From positions 7,750,001-7,814,000 of the forward strand of contig NC_081331.1 of the NCBI RefSeq assembly GCF_022539665.2: a stretch of 64,000 nt of DNA, read 5' to 3'. The notes under the pieces were generated by a model. The model was not told the origin of the DNA and did no database searches. It worked only from the letters and a program-made list of their open reading frames with translations. The translations under genes and the position numbers were made by a program. The DNA comes from Daphnia carinata. Lineage: Eukaryota. Below, one piece after another: positions 39,180 through 53,429 of this stretch. Position 1 is the stretch's first letter. Every line of letters begins with the position of its first letter.

Positions 39180-41739
39180 AAGCTCCGCAGCTCAGTTCCG
39201 ACTTGCCAAATTGAAATTGTCAAGTTCCACTCTCTTCCAATGTTTCCTTCGTTGTTTTAAAACTTTACCCTTTTCATATTGATCTTGCGGCCGTTTTATT
39301 GATAATCAGATATTAAACACTCTTGCATCTGGATGCAAAAGTAAGGGAAAACAGGCAAAACACACACGCTAAAGAAATGTAACAGGAGTGTATATATGCC
39401 GGAAAATTTTACTCAATGCATATGCAGTGACGCATTTTTGACGTCGGCCCAATACAAGCAGATTCGATATTTCAAACTATCATCATGTACCGTACTTTTC
39501 TTTGAGTCTGCTGAATCATCGTTTAACGGAATATTGGATGTAGACGAAACTTTCTACACTTGACACTAAAGGAGGTCAGTATGATTCTAGGCCACAAGAT
39601 GTGCATTCCACAAGTGTCTTGTCTCGAAGTTTTCATGCCTTGAATCATATTTACCGCTAGAGCCACGGACTCGATGCACACGCAAACTGCAATAATATAG
39701 CTACAACCCTACCAATGACAAACTGACATTTTTTCTGCACGTCATCCTGGAAAAGTAGTCTAAGCAAAAAACTTATTTGCGACTTCTTTTCTGTCATGCT
39801 CTTTGCGGAAGAGGCTCTTTACCAAAGAAAGAAAATGCTGGTTTTGCGTTTTAACCCTAAGATAGGAGCACCAGGAAAGAGGTAGGAATCATGGATACTG
39901 TCGGAACTGACGTTTGGTTATTTAAAGTATTCCTGACAAACCTTATAATTCCATGGCGGAAAAGACAGAATGCAATCACAATAGGCTTTAAAAGGTCAAA
40001 AGCAAGAAAGAACAGCTTACAGTAACTTCTTAAAATAACATCGTCTATCCCCGCAATGCAATTGCAACGCATAATTATACATAAAAATGTGCACTATTGA
40101 AGACCATTTTAAAAACTGAATGTAATTTCAATTGAAAAAAAAAATGCACCAGTTTGCATGCATCTTGATGGAACAAATCACTCGTCATTTTAGGGTGTAT
40201 ACCAGCATTAGTGATTTAAATATTGGACACTCCTAAATTTGGAAGTACCATACCCCTGTATGTCCTGAGGAGCTGTTTCCAGGTAACGCTTAAGAACTAG
40301 AAGTTGCGTTGCATTCCTTTCTCAAACTTTCACAATTTTCTTCAATACGATACTCTCCCTTTGGTTTTCCATTCAAATATTATGTTTCCCGCTTTCTATA
40401 CTGAAATGCCATAGCTTTCTAAAGCGCAAAAATATAGTTCAAAGCTTGTAACTAAAAATTTTAGTAGATTAAAACTCAAACCTACATGAGTTGTTATAGT
40501 TTTTAAATTTCTAGTGGTAATTTTGTGCTTCGCTAAAGGTGGAAACAATACGGTTGAATTGATGTATGGGCTACGCAATATACAGGATTTGGCCATCAGG
40601 GAAGGCGATTGATCGACGAAACTACCAACTGTCGATGCACCTGAGGCATTTGTTCGACAATTCATCCATGTACGTACCTACCGTACTACATTCCCGTCAT
40701 CAGTTGACCTGTTCATTGAGCAGCCTGTTTCGGTTGTCTAACGATCCACCTTCTGGGGTTACTTGGCATCTACGTTCCTGCAGAACATTGTAGCTTTAAA
40801 GGAGGAAGTGGCACTAAACTTTTACAGAGGAAATACCAGAGGAGTACTTACAGATACCTCAACTGGATTCTTGTCAACTTCGTTTCATTGCGCAGTCGGA
40901 GTAAATCGAATAAACCTTTAAATGATTTCTTGCATACATTTTTTTCTATTCAGGTAACTACGAACCACCGGCTTTTTTTTCAATCTGCAATTTTTTCGCC
41001 TCTACAATCATAAAGTTGTTCAGAATTGTTTGCAGTGCCTCTTAACCAGGAATTCCTAGCTAATATTCTTTTTTCGCAGCTTACAACTCAAGAAGCAGTG
41101 TCAACGATGGGATTAGCAACCCACGAGCTGAGGTCGTCAGAAGCGAGCATCGAGAAACTAGAAGAACGGTATAGTGTTGAAAAAAGTCATCCTTGGCGAC
41201 AACAAAAAGAAGTTGAATAAACTGCCTACTGGCTAAGTGATCTCTGTGATTTATCGTTTAAATGAGAATTTGAATAAAACTGTCGATTGCGAAAACACGC
41301 GATCTAGGCCTTTTTATTTCTGGCGTAGCTGACAATGAATTTCACGACTGGCTTTTGGAGTTGGGCATGGGTGCAATCCCCGATGAAACACCGAAGACGC
41401 TGCGTTTAACTTTCGATGGAAAAAATGCGAGTTCGCCACAAACTAAAATAGTTCCGAATAATACAATAAGCTAATTTTAGTAAGATTAGTTGTAGAAGGA
41501 AGTGTTGAAAACTGCCCTTGTAAGAATTGTGCACGGTAGTAAATTTGGGTTACGGCTTTCATCGATTAAAGATAAACTAAACATTTGATGGTATTCACAA
41601 GGGCTAGTCAAAACAAGAACTTTTCGTAATTCGAAGTAAGGACAAATGAATTCACATAAAGAGTGTTCAACACAAGAATATTTTAGAATCCAACAGAAGA
41701 AACTGAAGTTTAAAAATCCTTTTTGCCTTCCTTTCTCAA

Positions 41740-42600
41740 ATAAACTAGCACCTTATACCTTTAGCCCATTTTAACTTAAAGCCTTCATTAACTGGCCTAG
41801 TTATAAGCTTTCTTAAGAATAAAGCAAGTAACGAGAACGTGCCTCGGCACGTTCACTATAAATAGGAACTTTCACTGTTGGTCAAAAGCCGCCCAAAACG
41901 GTCCTCACTTGCCGGCGCTAAAAGTAAATTTATTTCGGTTTGTCGGTAATCGCCCGAAACGGCCTAAATCCGAACGGCCGATTTTTAGTGATCGTCCAAA
42001 TTTCGTTCGATACATCTCGAATTTGCCCACATATCTCCCCATTACGCCCAAAGTCGCCCAATACTGTCCGCCTTACCCCACGCATACTTTAACATGGTCC
42101 CGTATGGCCCCCACGGTTGATGGATAATATATAAAAAGCCATCTGTAACTCCCAAGGGTCAGTCGGTTGGTCAGAGGGCTTATCTTGTCTTAGTTGGTCA
42201 CGTTCTGCTAAGTTCCGTGTGCCAGTGTTTACGTCTGTTAGTTTCATGGGTCACCTTAGACCTTTTTCACCATTCCCTTTGAGCCCGCTACCTCATTCTC
42301 GCAAGGTGAAGAGTAAGTTTAGTCCTTGGGTAATATCGCCGTACATGTCTGAGTTACCTCATATTCATGTTTGCTCTAAGTAATGGATTAGCAATTTGTA
42401 AGCTCTATTCTCTTCCGTTCTTATTTTGAGCCGCCATTCACTTGTTCATGGCACCCGCTGCTTACTGGATTTTAATGAGCAATTATCCCATTTAAATATA
42501 TGTTTTCTTACGCTCCCATATACACGGCGTTGTTAGTAAAAGCGCCGCATTTAAATTTACCTTTCGTTATTGGAGGTAACATGACAACGTTGTGCCCTCG
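41740..42600 (+). repeat. LTR-like repeat related to 54938-55424
   Basis: Shared blocks (GTGCCTCGGCACG...CTATAAATAG...AGCCGCC.AAAACG...GCCCGAAACGG and TACACGG...AGCGCCGCATTTAA...TTGGAGG.AACATGACAA) with different central parts. Confidence 0.7.
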
Positions 42601-43058
42601 TTTGCATAGAGGAGTAGCAATGTTTGTTTGTTAAGGCACGTTCAGTCCCGTGTTTTTCTGCGTATTACGAATAACGTACTTAACGTTAATTGTAACCTTC
42701 GTAGCGTTCAAATTTACGTGCGTAAGAAAAAGAAACGTTACGTAACCAAAAGGCAATGAAAACGAAGGAAAAAGTAGTTCTTGCGTAGAGCTTGTAAAAT
42801 GAAGTGGTTTTCATTTCCATAAGCTTTTGTAACGTTGCAGGTTCGTAGAAAATACATCAGCCAATTACATCACATCATTGCCCATTGCCGAACCTTGGTT
42901 GTAACGTATTCTATTTTTTTCCGCTACTGATCAGCTGTGGTCGCCAAATGTTTTTTGATAAATTCATTAATTGAATTTCACTCGATAAATAATATATTAA
43001 ATGATGAAATTTAGTTTTAGAATTTTCTTCTCTGTATTTGATTTTTATCCTCACACGT

Positions 43059-43500
43059 GATTGGTGGTGAAATAGGACTGAAACGAAATAGGACTGGGAA
43101 AATAGGACTGAAAACGTTCAGTCCTATTTTTCCTGTATAAATAGAACTTAAAATTTCCAGTCCTATTTTTGCTGTAGAAATAGGACTGGCTTTGAAAACC
43201 TGTTACGGCAGTCCTATTTTTCTATGGCACTGGAGCTATTTCTCCTATAGATAGTCCAATTCCTTAAACATTATTTTTATATGGATAATGAGCCTCTAAT
43301 TCGGTAGGTGATCCATTGCGTAAGAGCATCGGCTTATATCCTTTTTCCATTTGAAAGACCGATGGTGTTAACTCATTACTTAAATGGTGTACAAAACAAT
43401 TTAATAATTTATTTCTTATCCTATTTCAATTTAAATTGGGGGGAGGATATGAACTATGTTGTATGTAATAGAATTCATTTAATAAAATTGTGTTATAGAA
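43059..43500. mobile_element. Truncated copy of the GAAATAGGACTG MITE family
   Basis: Starts GATTGGTGGTGAAATAGGACTGAAACGAAATAGGACTGG and continues with interior similar to 3520-3720. Confidence 0.85.
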
Positions 43501-43899
43501 AAGGTTGGTGATAATTTTTTGAGTTGGTTACAAACAAGCATTTTCATCGCAAATAACGGTTTTTCCCGTTGCCGACAGAGGCATTAGTTTCTCCATTGTT
43601 ATTTACCCGCTTCATTCGACTTGGGCAGGGGAATCGAACACGCACAGCGCTTTTTCTTCCCTTTGCTTGTTGGGACAGTTGATGTGCCCGGTATGGGGCA
43701 GCAAGAATGTGTAATTTGTGTGGGAGTTATGGCCCAAAACCAAAATGTGTCCCAACTTTTTTCCACTTTCCCCTACTTGGATGGTACCGCTTGAACTTAG
43801 TTTCTGTGCACAAGAATGCCGAAAAACTGGCAAGACACTACGGCACAACTTGCTACCGGAGGAAATCAGGCCTTACTAGCAGTACTCGATATACGTTCG

Positions 43900-46800
43900 A
43901 TGTTTAAAAAATAGTTTCAGGTGGATATCTACAGTGTTTTGGGGGATAAGACATTAAGAATTAGAATACAGCGAGTGAATAAGAACTACCATGGAATTCC
44001 TAAAATTTGCAAATTGGTCGACTCAAACATGTCGGAAGAACATTGACTGAAGTATCTTTTCGAGGTCTCCGACTTTTAGAAAAATTTATCCACCGAAGTC
44101 AAAAATATGAACGCGTGAATTAATTCAGGACATCTGTGAGAAGTTAATGCAAAAGTGAGAAACGAACAAAGAAAATTAAAATGACCATTGAAGCCAAAAA
44201 AGAATCACTACTAATCGCAAACCATACGGCTTCTACTGCAAGAAGTTCGGGCACGTCTTCCTAAACTTTTTTAAAAATCCAGAATATTCATATTCTAAGG
44301 CTTCGTCCCGAGATGTTGCACCAGGTCGACTTCAACGGGGAACAAAGCAGTTAATCTGGCGACAAAAGCTCCTAGTAAACAGCAACAATTATACCTTATT
44401 AATAATCGATAGAACAAGGTAATTCAAATCAGTTCTTTGTGGTCAAGCGGGGCCACTGCATTGATTGACACCGGTGTAGCAATTACAGTGAGACATCCGT
44501 AACTAATGAATAAAAGTCAGTTTGTTCAGCAGCCATAGGATTGCTTCGGGAATATTCTTGCAAAAGGTTCACGAATGATCAAGGATCTCCTCAAGGAGTA
44601 GCAGAGAACCTGGTACCTCACAAAAATAGATCTGCGAAAAGAAAAGTGATAGTTATGGAAATGTCAAGGATGGAACTTCTGACGAAAAAGGTTTTCTCGA
44701 GAAAATTGGATACCTACATAGTAATAATCAAACGAAGTCACTACTTCCCACTATCAGCTTACCGCTTGCGGCAATCTCTCTTCCCACAATAGAAAAATTG
44801 GAAGATACCGTGTTGATGTACAGCGATCGTCAAGAAATACCACCGTATTCGATTAATCCAGTCCCAGTTAAAGTTTATTACAAAATAGAAGGTGCTTGTA
44901 TTCTAAAACTTTCGGATTCACTTATGACCACCAAATGCCCGTCTACGGACACACCGTCATGCAGGCCGATCTAGAAAATACTCCTGTAGCCAATCTGTAT
45001 GTCATACCAATGTAAGGTTCGAAATGAATCTATTCCTTACTTTTAATTATTGGATAGCGATGATGAACTGTATTGTTGCACTGTTTTCGAGTATTTTTAC
45101 TAAGACCAAATTGATAATTGACGAAAGGAGACTTACGGAGACAGTCTGACAGAGATGGCACTTAAAAGAAGACTCGCTGTGATGACAACTGAAAGTAGAC
45201 TGCTTGGCAGTAAAAAGTAGACTGCACGGTAGAATTACTAAAAGTGGAATGCTTCAAAACTTAAAACACACTGACTGAAAGTTAAAAGTACACTGACTGA
45301 CAATCTGGAAACAGGGCAACATTTATACGGAGGGGCAAGGTCGTTTAGGATTTGGTGTCCCAACGGGAATAAATATTCTGCGTGTAAATGTAACACCTTG
45401 AAGAATTGGCAAGTTTGAAGGCCAGAGCCATCGGTAGATGACCTGTTGGCGGAAGAGGGAGAAAAGGGTTGCAAGCGTGGGAACGAGAGGGGAATGTAAG
45501 GAATGCGGTTGGCCGTTCCTTACATAGCATCCCGGGCCGAAAGATTGCGTCCCGCAATCTATAAAGAGAGATATTTGGTCAATGTTGGATCGGGCAAACA
45601 AAGGTGCGACATTTTTTAAATTTTTTTTTTTTTAAGAGAACGTGGGTTCCGCAGCAGGCGAGAATCCAGAGGTCCCTGAATGCGAACATCTACCCGGTAG
45701 CCGTAATGCCAGAAACATCTGTAACATAACCAGGTCCAGGGCTGAGAAGTCCGTAGTTGCTTGAGCGTTGAACTCGACGTGGTCTCTGTGGATTCAGACG
45801 TCTTCTTTAGTTCGTTAGCTCTTGTGTCTGATAGGGGGGTGTCTAAACCTAGAACACCTTGCCTATCAGAAAGGGGGAGAAGTGTGACTGGGACAGCGTC
45901 TATTTCTTAGCACGCTGTCGCGGCAGTCGATACGAGGGATGCACTCCGGCTGGCGGAGGATAATATAATTTTTTAAGTTCAAGTTTTTTTTGCGCGCACC
46001 GATGATAGCCAAATGCGATATTAGACCTGTAAAGTTGGCTTGGTGGAAGGGTTAGGAAAATTAGGGAAAAGAATGTGTAGATATCAGCAGAATCTTCTAA
46101 AACAGTATGTGCAATGTTTAACCGGCCATGGATAAATCTTCTTTCGTTGATGGGTCGTCAGTTACTTGTGCAGATGGAGCGTGTTGGCGATGGTAAATTA
46201 TGTTGAGTTGTGCGATGAGGATGTCGAATAATTGGTCAGGAATCGGCTGTAGGAGAGGGCTGGTGAAGTCGTACGAGTATTTAGTGTAGAAAAAAGGTAT
46301 AATAAAGATGATCTGTTAGTTTCATCTTCGCATTGGGCCTCGGGCGGGTTAGTGGATCATTGAGTTGCGGAGTGCTGTAGCAGTTTTTTGTTTCTGCGAA
46401 CCTTGTTCCTGGTTTCTTGAATTCAGAGCAATATTTTTGTATGATAGAATGCATGGAGGCATTGGCAGGAATATCGTTGGCTTGGTGAGCAATGAAGTTG
46501 GTTGAAAGAACGTGAGGTGGTTCAAAATCCTCGGCAGATGGCGTGGTTGCTGCAGTAGAACGAACAGCCGAAGGTTCGGATGAAGAGGTTCTCTGTGAAG
46601 AGGTAGTTTCTTTGATATTGCTAGATTGTCGATTGCACTGTGTTTGAAAATCTTCGGTTGAATAAATGGCGATATTACTCTTGATATGCTTGGGGCAGGC
46701 TTGATCTTCGTTTTGGTAGTAGGATATGGCTGTTAAATCTTTTTGATTACGTGACACGGTAGCGCATTTAATGAATGAATCGTCTTCTTGCGGTGCTGCG

Positions 46801-47940
46801 GCGTCATTTGAGGGTTGACCTCCTATCGTTTTTGGAAGTTCAGGTGTAATTGTTGGAATGGAAAGAGGTTCAGTGGTAGTGATGATTGTATCTTCTGGAG
46901 TTCGTTTCTCACTGAGCATGGGATTTACTTGAATTTTTACTGGTACTTCAATGTCAGTCTGCCGTGTAGAGATGTCTCTCAAAATTTTTCCAAATTTCTT
47001 CAATTGACGTGTAATTTTTTCGTTCCATACTGTTTTAATCAACGTCGTATTTATCTTGATGGCTTTCTGCATTCTGTGAATAAGTTAGCAATTGCCGACT
47101 AGATGGCGCTATAGAATTGCTAAACGTTAAGGATGGCACTGGAAAAAGTCTCTTCAGGCGTTCGGGGTGCGAGGTTCACTGTCACCAAATGTAAGGTTCG
47201 AAATGAATCTATTCCTTACTTTTAATTATTGGATAGCGATGATGAACTGTATTGTTGCACTGTTTTCGAGTATTTTTACTAGGACCAAATTGACGAAAGG
47301 AGACTTACTGAGACAGACTGAAGCTGGTAACACACTGACTCAAAGCTTAAAACACACTGACTGACCATCCGGAAAAAGGGCAACATTTATACGAAAAAGC
47401 AAGGTCGTTTAGGATTAAGTGTCCCAACGGGAATAAATATTCTGCGTGTAAATGTAGCACCTATATGTGAAGAAGTGATAAGTTTGAAGGCCAGAACAAT
47501 CGGCAAATGACCTGTTGGCGGAAGAGGGGGGAAAAGGGTTGCAAGCGTGGGAAATGTAAAGAGTACGATTGGCCGTTCCTTACACCAATATTGTTGGAAA
47601 AGGAGGGAATTTACATTGGGAGCTTTAGAAGAACTGCACAAAAAAAAAAAATGAAAACGCAGCATAATTTGGCAAAGCCCCACTGGCGGACTGAGTATTG
47701 ACTTCCTAGGGCCGTTCCCGTTATCTCAGGGATAAACAAAGGATAGTAGTTGCAGTGGCTTTCCTTTCTAATAGAGAAGGGCTGAAAGCTATACCAACCG
47801 GCAAAGCAAAACGATAAGAAATTCATCATTAATAAACCGTTTCTACGCCATGGAGCTCCAAAACAGATAATTTCCGATAGAAAAAAATGTTCGTCGCAGA
47901 CTGTATTCAAGCAGTGGTCAAGAAACAAAACACCAAAAAA
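43900..47940 (+). mobile_element. Decayed Ty3/Gypsy element (gag knuckle, protease, integrase), split by 45011-47584
   Basis: FYCKKFGH knuckle remnant (about 44230), ALIDTGVAITV protease (about 44458) and RHGAPKQIISDR integrase (about 47845). The reading VANLYVIP|ILLEKEGIYIG joins across the insertion. Confidence 0.8.
45011..47584 (-). mobile_element. Internally deleted LTR retrotransposon (2574 bp)
   Basis: Homologous TGTAAGG...CCTTACA LTRs at 45011-45524 and 47190-47584. TSD CCAA at 45007-45010 and 47585-47588. PBS-like TGGTGACAGTG on the minus strand next to the 47190 LTR. Only a low-complexity gag-like ORF (46281-47072) and no recognisable pol. Confidence 0.88.
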
Positions 47941-48439
47941 AAACGACCTTCAGCTATCATTGTCAGCCAAAAGAGCCAAAAGAGTCTAGGAGATAAAAAG
48001 GTGGTGTATAAGCTACCCAAAAAAGTGGGAAAATTTTAAAAGCTCATTCATCGTTGGTTGGGACATTTTAAATTTTGACGAACACCACTTTGATGAATGA
48101 TTGACATGGGTAACAGGGCGAGGAAACGTGGATATTGTATGCAAATTGGTCTACCATACAACTGTGCTGACCTTCCTTATTTTAGCTTTTTCAATGGAGG
48201 GGTTAAACACACAAACCAAGCGACAGGCCGACCCTTTCATCCTCAGATTTTCTTTAGCTATTGTCAAATATAGACATGTCTGGAGAACTTGGAAGTGATA
48301 GCAAAATTGTTTCTTCTTTGTCACGTAGTGGACGCCGTTGTATCCTCGATCACCAGGCTAGCAGGCTAGCTAGCAGGATGTCGAAGATAATCTATTTTAG
48401 GCGGGAAAGTGGGATTGGCGATTATTTCCAGAATGAGAT

Positions 48440-49346
48440 TCATATTCCGGGCGGCTCTTTGATTTGAATGGATCCATATGGTTGGTCCAAACGCAAAGCT
48501 TCGGGAAATGTAGAATAAGACAGACGTAAGAGGACAACTAGACAGACGTAAAAGGACGCTAGCCGAACGGACAGAAGTAAATTCACGCTGTCGAAACGAA
48601 AGACGAAGAAGTTGAGAAAATGGGTGGTGAACGCAGTGGGTACAGCCGACGCTAAAGCTCGAAAAGGGAAGTGTACGCAGTCCTTTGAGAAGAGATCATT
48701 TTTCCTACAGTGCCCTGATCTGGATGCACCTATGCTCAAGCGGCTGAAAACCATCAGAAAATCACCATTGACAAAGAGTGTCACCGATCTACGAGAGAAA
48801 GAGCTTTTGTCGACGCTGTATAAAATCCTTGACGTTGCTCGACCCTTGGGACACGAAATAGCCAGACGTAAAGATCCAAGAAGCTGTGGATGACTCGATG
48901 CAATTATGGGCCTGCTCTTTTAATGTTGTGACGCATCGGCGTTGTTTTAACATCTTACCCCAAATGGATACTTTTATTTCTCCTTTGGCTGGCGAGTGCA
49001 ATGTTTCAGGGTGAGCATCCCAATGGCTCTATGGAAGAAATTTTATCCAAGAGATTGTTCAAACGGCCACAGCGAAGCCGCGCTTAATGCCGTCGGTCGA
49101 GCTAGTGAACAAATGCAACGCACTTCTGCCAAGGGCAAGCGTTATCGAAGCGGCTACAGCGGTAGCCATAGGCCCTCACACCAGCCGTACAGCGAATCGG
49201 TCAGGCAGCGTTCCAGCCCAAACTTCCCGCCGGCGGTTGGCCCTAGTAACCATGGCAAGTACGTCCCTAAATTTATTTCCCCTGCTTCTCCACAATCTAT
49301 TGGAAAGTACCAACTAAACCTAATACATTCTATTTACTTCATATAG
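48440..49346 (+). mobile_element. DIRS/Ngaro-like ORF1 (gag-like) remnant
   Basis: SFEKRSFFLQCPDLDAPMLKRLK...REKELLSTLYKILDVARPL resembles ORF1 of tyrosine-recombinase retroelements. No RT or YR seen. Confidence 0.5.
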
Positions 49347-49659
49347 ATGGCGCTAGCTACAACCAGAGTCATAGAAACCTGGTTGCTCCGCGCTGTGCTG
49401 TAAATGCCATAAGGGTATGATGGGACTTGTGCTTAAAATTTCATCGATTTTGTGGGCGGTGCTGGCAGTGGTAAAGAGCAATCTATTGAATAGATCTAGA
49501 GATATTCTGACATATCCCTATAAATATCATAAGGAGACGATTAACTACACACTTGTTAAGGTGTAGTGTATAACAGTCATGAATGCAATGCGGGAGACCC
49601 GAGTTCGAATCCGATTTCAGTCTTTTTTTCCCTTTCGTAATGTAAGCTGGTCACGCGCT

Positions 49660-49830
49660 AGGTTCCACTTTCCACGGTTTTTTCCACTCATTTCAATTCT
49701 AGATTCATTATCAAACAATGGAAAGTGGAGCGCGGTTTGCGATATTAGGCCTGTCTGGCAGTTTAGATTTCGGCGCAGGAGGTATATATAGGTAGGGCGA
49801 GCTGACAGGCCGTTATTATAGCAGGCCATG
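49660..49830. mobile_element. Right half of a MITE related to 28386-28737
   Basis: Shares CCACTTTCCAC...TTTTCCACTCATTTCAATTCT and ends GGCCGTTATTATAGCAGGCCATG. Confidence 0.8.
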
Positions 49831-50427
49831 CTTAAAAGATACGCTTACCTTGGCCATCCAACTACTCCTCTAAGTACAAACCGCTGGAAGGGTGTTCTAC
49901 AGCTGCTGATTCTATTTCAACCTCCCCTCGTTTTTTCGGGGCTGCTATGATTGGTTGTCGAAATTTCGGCAGGACACAGCACATTGGTTGGTATTATGTA
50001 GTGCTCTACCAGGACCAGTGTTTTTCAACTTTTTTTTTTTCGTTATCTAGATAAGATACGATAATTTGACAAGTTGGAAGATTAAGATAAGTTAAGTTAA
50101 CGAAAAATCGTGAAATAATGATAAAGATACCGATAACAAAAAGATAAATCGATTTTGAATCGATTGATATATCGAATTTTGAATCGATTATATATAGAAC
50201 TTCTTATCGATTTCTATATAGAATTATTAATTGATTACGATATTGCAATTTAAATCGGTATTGTATTGATGGGTAAAATAGGTTAATACATCATTTTTTA
50301 ACGGAATAATGTTTTGATACTGAATCTTTTGGTGTTGTGAATCAAGCTGAATTCAATTGCTTAATTGGTTTTTACAACAATTGAATCTTACTAAATGGGA
50401 ATTATTAATGTAATATGTAAACCTGTA

Positions 50428-53206
50428 TCAGAACTTCAGAGTTTTTTTAGAGAAAAACATAGACAGATCAAATGCTTTTTTCAATCTATTTGGTCCACTT
50501 GTTTTTTTTTTAACAAACAAAAGCGACGAAAATAAATCAGATTTAAGGCGGTTACGTTTAGTCGATAGAATATCGGTGGCCGTACTGAAAGCTCTCTCAA
50601 TACTTCCAGATGACGCAGGAATGCCAAAAATGTCTCTCGCAATAGGAGAAAGAATAGGAAAACGATGGCTGTTGATCCTCCAGAATTGTAGCGGCCGTAC
50701 TGGTTTCTTTCCCTTTGTTGGATCTTTAGCTTCAATGTTCTCCTCCATAGGCAAAGTCGGCTCGTTCAGGTATGTTTCCAGTTCCTCAATCGCTCTAGTA
50801 CAACCAACTGAACTCGATCGTCGTGGCTCGATAACCGTGCTGTATAGAGACCGCGGCTTCCTTTTAGAGGGTGTAGGGCCATTCGCATCCTTTTCTCGTT
50901 CCTGCAATGGTTGACACTGCGTGTCGATGACAGGTGATTCGATGGCTAATATGATTTTTAAAAAATTAGATGTGTAAGAGGTACTTCATTTAACATTTTC
51001 TTACCATGTTTGCGATAAAGCTTCTCCAGCTCAGATTTTACGGCACCCAAAACCATAGACTCAGAGAGGTTTCCGGTTGGTCTTATAGAAGTAGTTGTAC
51101 AGTGAGCACGCAGTGTTCGCTACAATTCGCCCGTTCACATCAAGAATTGTTAGTGACACCTTTGTAAACATATCAAAATATGCTGGAATCACAATCCCAA
51201 CCGTTTCATGATCTGCTTGAAGTTCATCGGTGGCTTCTTTGAAAGTCTCCAAAATGATGACTAACTCTTTCAAAGTTTTCAATTCAATCGCTGTAAATTT
51301 TCCGTGCTTTTTCATTGCGTTTAATTTTCCTTGAAGAGACGGATCCTTCTCTAATGCTTCAACCAACTTGCTGAACATTGAGTACTGCGAACTCCAACGC
51401 GTCAAATTCTTTGCGGGTATGCGAAAATTTACCGAGTTTACTAATGTTTTAGTATCAATCACGGTGTGACGATTGAAATTGACAATTTTGCTAGAGCGAG
51501 TGATAGCTATGCGTGCCACGCCCTGTAAATGAAATATCAAATATTAATCCAAGATTGAAATAAGATTATATCAATAACAATTACCATCAGTGATGACAAA
51601 GCGTCTTTAATCACCAACTGGAGAGTATGAGCGATGCAAGTGGATCGTAGTGACGACGTCAAAACGTAATGCTGGTCGTCTGCATTAACCATCAATGTGG
51701 GTCCTTGAAAGAGATAGGTGTCTTCTAAACTTGACTCGACGTCCTCCATTTCACTAGCGTCTTCGCTGTCTTCTAGAAGTTCCGTCATCTCACTGTCAAA
51801 CTCCGACAAATTTAAAATCCCGTCAGGATCTTCCAGATCAAGCTCCAGTTCCACCATTTCTGTTTCATCAGCCAATTGGACAATTGGCGTAAAGAAATGA
51901 ATTCCTTCACTTTCAGCTTCCCGAGCTTGCTGCTGCTCTTCGTGAGTTGGCTCATCAGGATGTCCTCCTTCATCTTCCTCCCAACTAGGAAAACCACAGA
52001 ACTGAGCCGCAATCATATTACTGCCACCATCCGTCATTACTTTAAGCACCTAAAAATAGACAAGAAAATTATATAATTTAAAATCAAGTACAATATAAGA
52101 GGCATTAGCTCACCTTTGTAAAGGGAATTCTCCATTTCAGCAACATTTCTTCGTATTCTGCAATGATAGCATCTGCTGTATGACGACCACTCATTTCTTT
52201 GAGACCCAAGAAGCAATTGAACAACTGGAAATCAGCGGTCACGGCTTGGCACGTAAATCCAATGTATCCATTCATGTTCTTTGATGACCAGATGTCAAGT
52301 ATAATGGTAAAGCTAACAGCTGTAGTTAGTTTTTCCATGACGTGTCTTCGGACGGTTGCCATCAATTTTGGTAAAAGACACTGGCGCATTCTTAGGGGAG
52401 AGGGTAGTTGGTACCCAGGAGCTGCCACCTGATGTTGGAAAAAGAACATCATACTTCGATCAAATGAAATTAGCAGTAAACATACCTTAAGTAATTCACG
52501 AAATCCAGGACGTTTCAATAGGTTTAGAGGAAGATTTTCTTCGCACAGAAACCTGATGACACTATCATCCAGTGATTCCTTGCATGCCTTACACATTGGC
52601 TTGTTAGGGTAGGTGAAGTCCAGCATAGAAGTGGAACTTGGCCTGCTTTGGTGTAGAGCCGCAGAAGTTGAAAAACGGTCCAGCTCCTCTTTGTGTAGCA
52701 ATGTACAGTGGATCTTGAAGTTGCTGAAGGAAGTTTTATCCCCCGCAAAATATTTATGACACAGCTTACAACAGGCAAAAATTTTTCCTTTAAGGGTCTT
52801 ACGCCAATCTTCAAAAAACTGTGAGCGCCAGTTTGGCCAAGAATTAACAGTAAATGATGGCACTGGCTCGCTTCCTGGTGGCAATGAAGGCTGCTGATTT
52901 GAAGACGTACTGCTGTTTTCTGTTGCATCATCCTCAACCAGATCAGAAATATTTTCTGCATTCGGAGTGATGCTTGATTCTAAACTGTCGATATCTTGTT
53001 GTTCTTGTTGTCCCTCTTCTTCGATTTGGGGTTTTTGGTGGTCGTGGCATTGTTCACACACTAAACATTAAGAATTAGAATGAGAACAGTGAAAAAGTTA
53101 GAAATTTACAATTCATACCTCCGTTCTTCGACGAATCAGATCGATCTTGGATGAAACTTCCAAAACCCAGATTGTTTACATACGTATGGTCACTGGAAAT
53201 ACCCAT
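50428..53206 (-). pseudogene. Intron-containing BED-finger hAT transposase, probably disrupted
   Basis: CKLC...H...H BED finger, ENLPLNLLKRPGF, LDIWSS, TDGGSNM, CIAHTLQLVI, TRWSSQ, FWRINSHRFPILS and PASSGSIERAFS. Frame breaks near 51060 and 50500. Confidence 0.88.
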
Positions 53207-53429
53207 GGAAAATTAGGTAATTAATTTCCATTTGATTTCTTACACTAACACGATTATAAGTGTAGAAAAATTATAAAAATAAAACTTACACTTTAGTTAA
53301 CACTGAATTTTTCACTCGTAAAAGCGTGGTTCTCATCAAGCAAACGCGTACTTCTCAGTTCTCACCCAAAGCGTGGTTTGCATACTAAACTGCAACATGA
53401 GAGCAAAAGGCAAAGTCACTTTATTTGCA

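Noticed and set aside
40396..41260. Exon-like fragments downstream of ELOVL
   Set aside because: Splice-like signals exist, but no coherent frame or family could be assigned.
41325..41385. Helitron PIF1 helicase fragment (EFHDWLLELGMG)
   Set aside because: Only one short motif, with no other helicase or Rep motifs nearby.
49555..49620. tRNA gene (GGTGTAGTG...GTTCGAATCC)
   Set aside because: A- and B-box-like motifs are present, but I could not fold a cloverleaf or acceptor stem. At most a tRNA/SINE relic. tRNAscan-SE would settle it.
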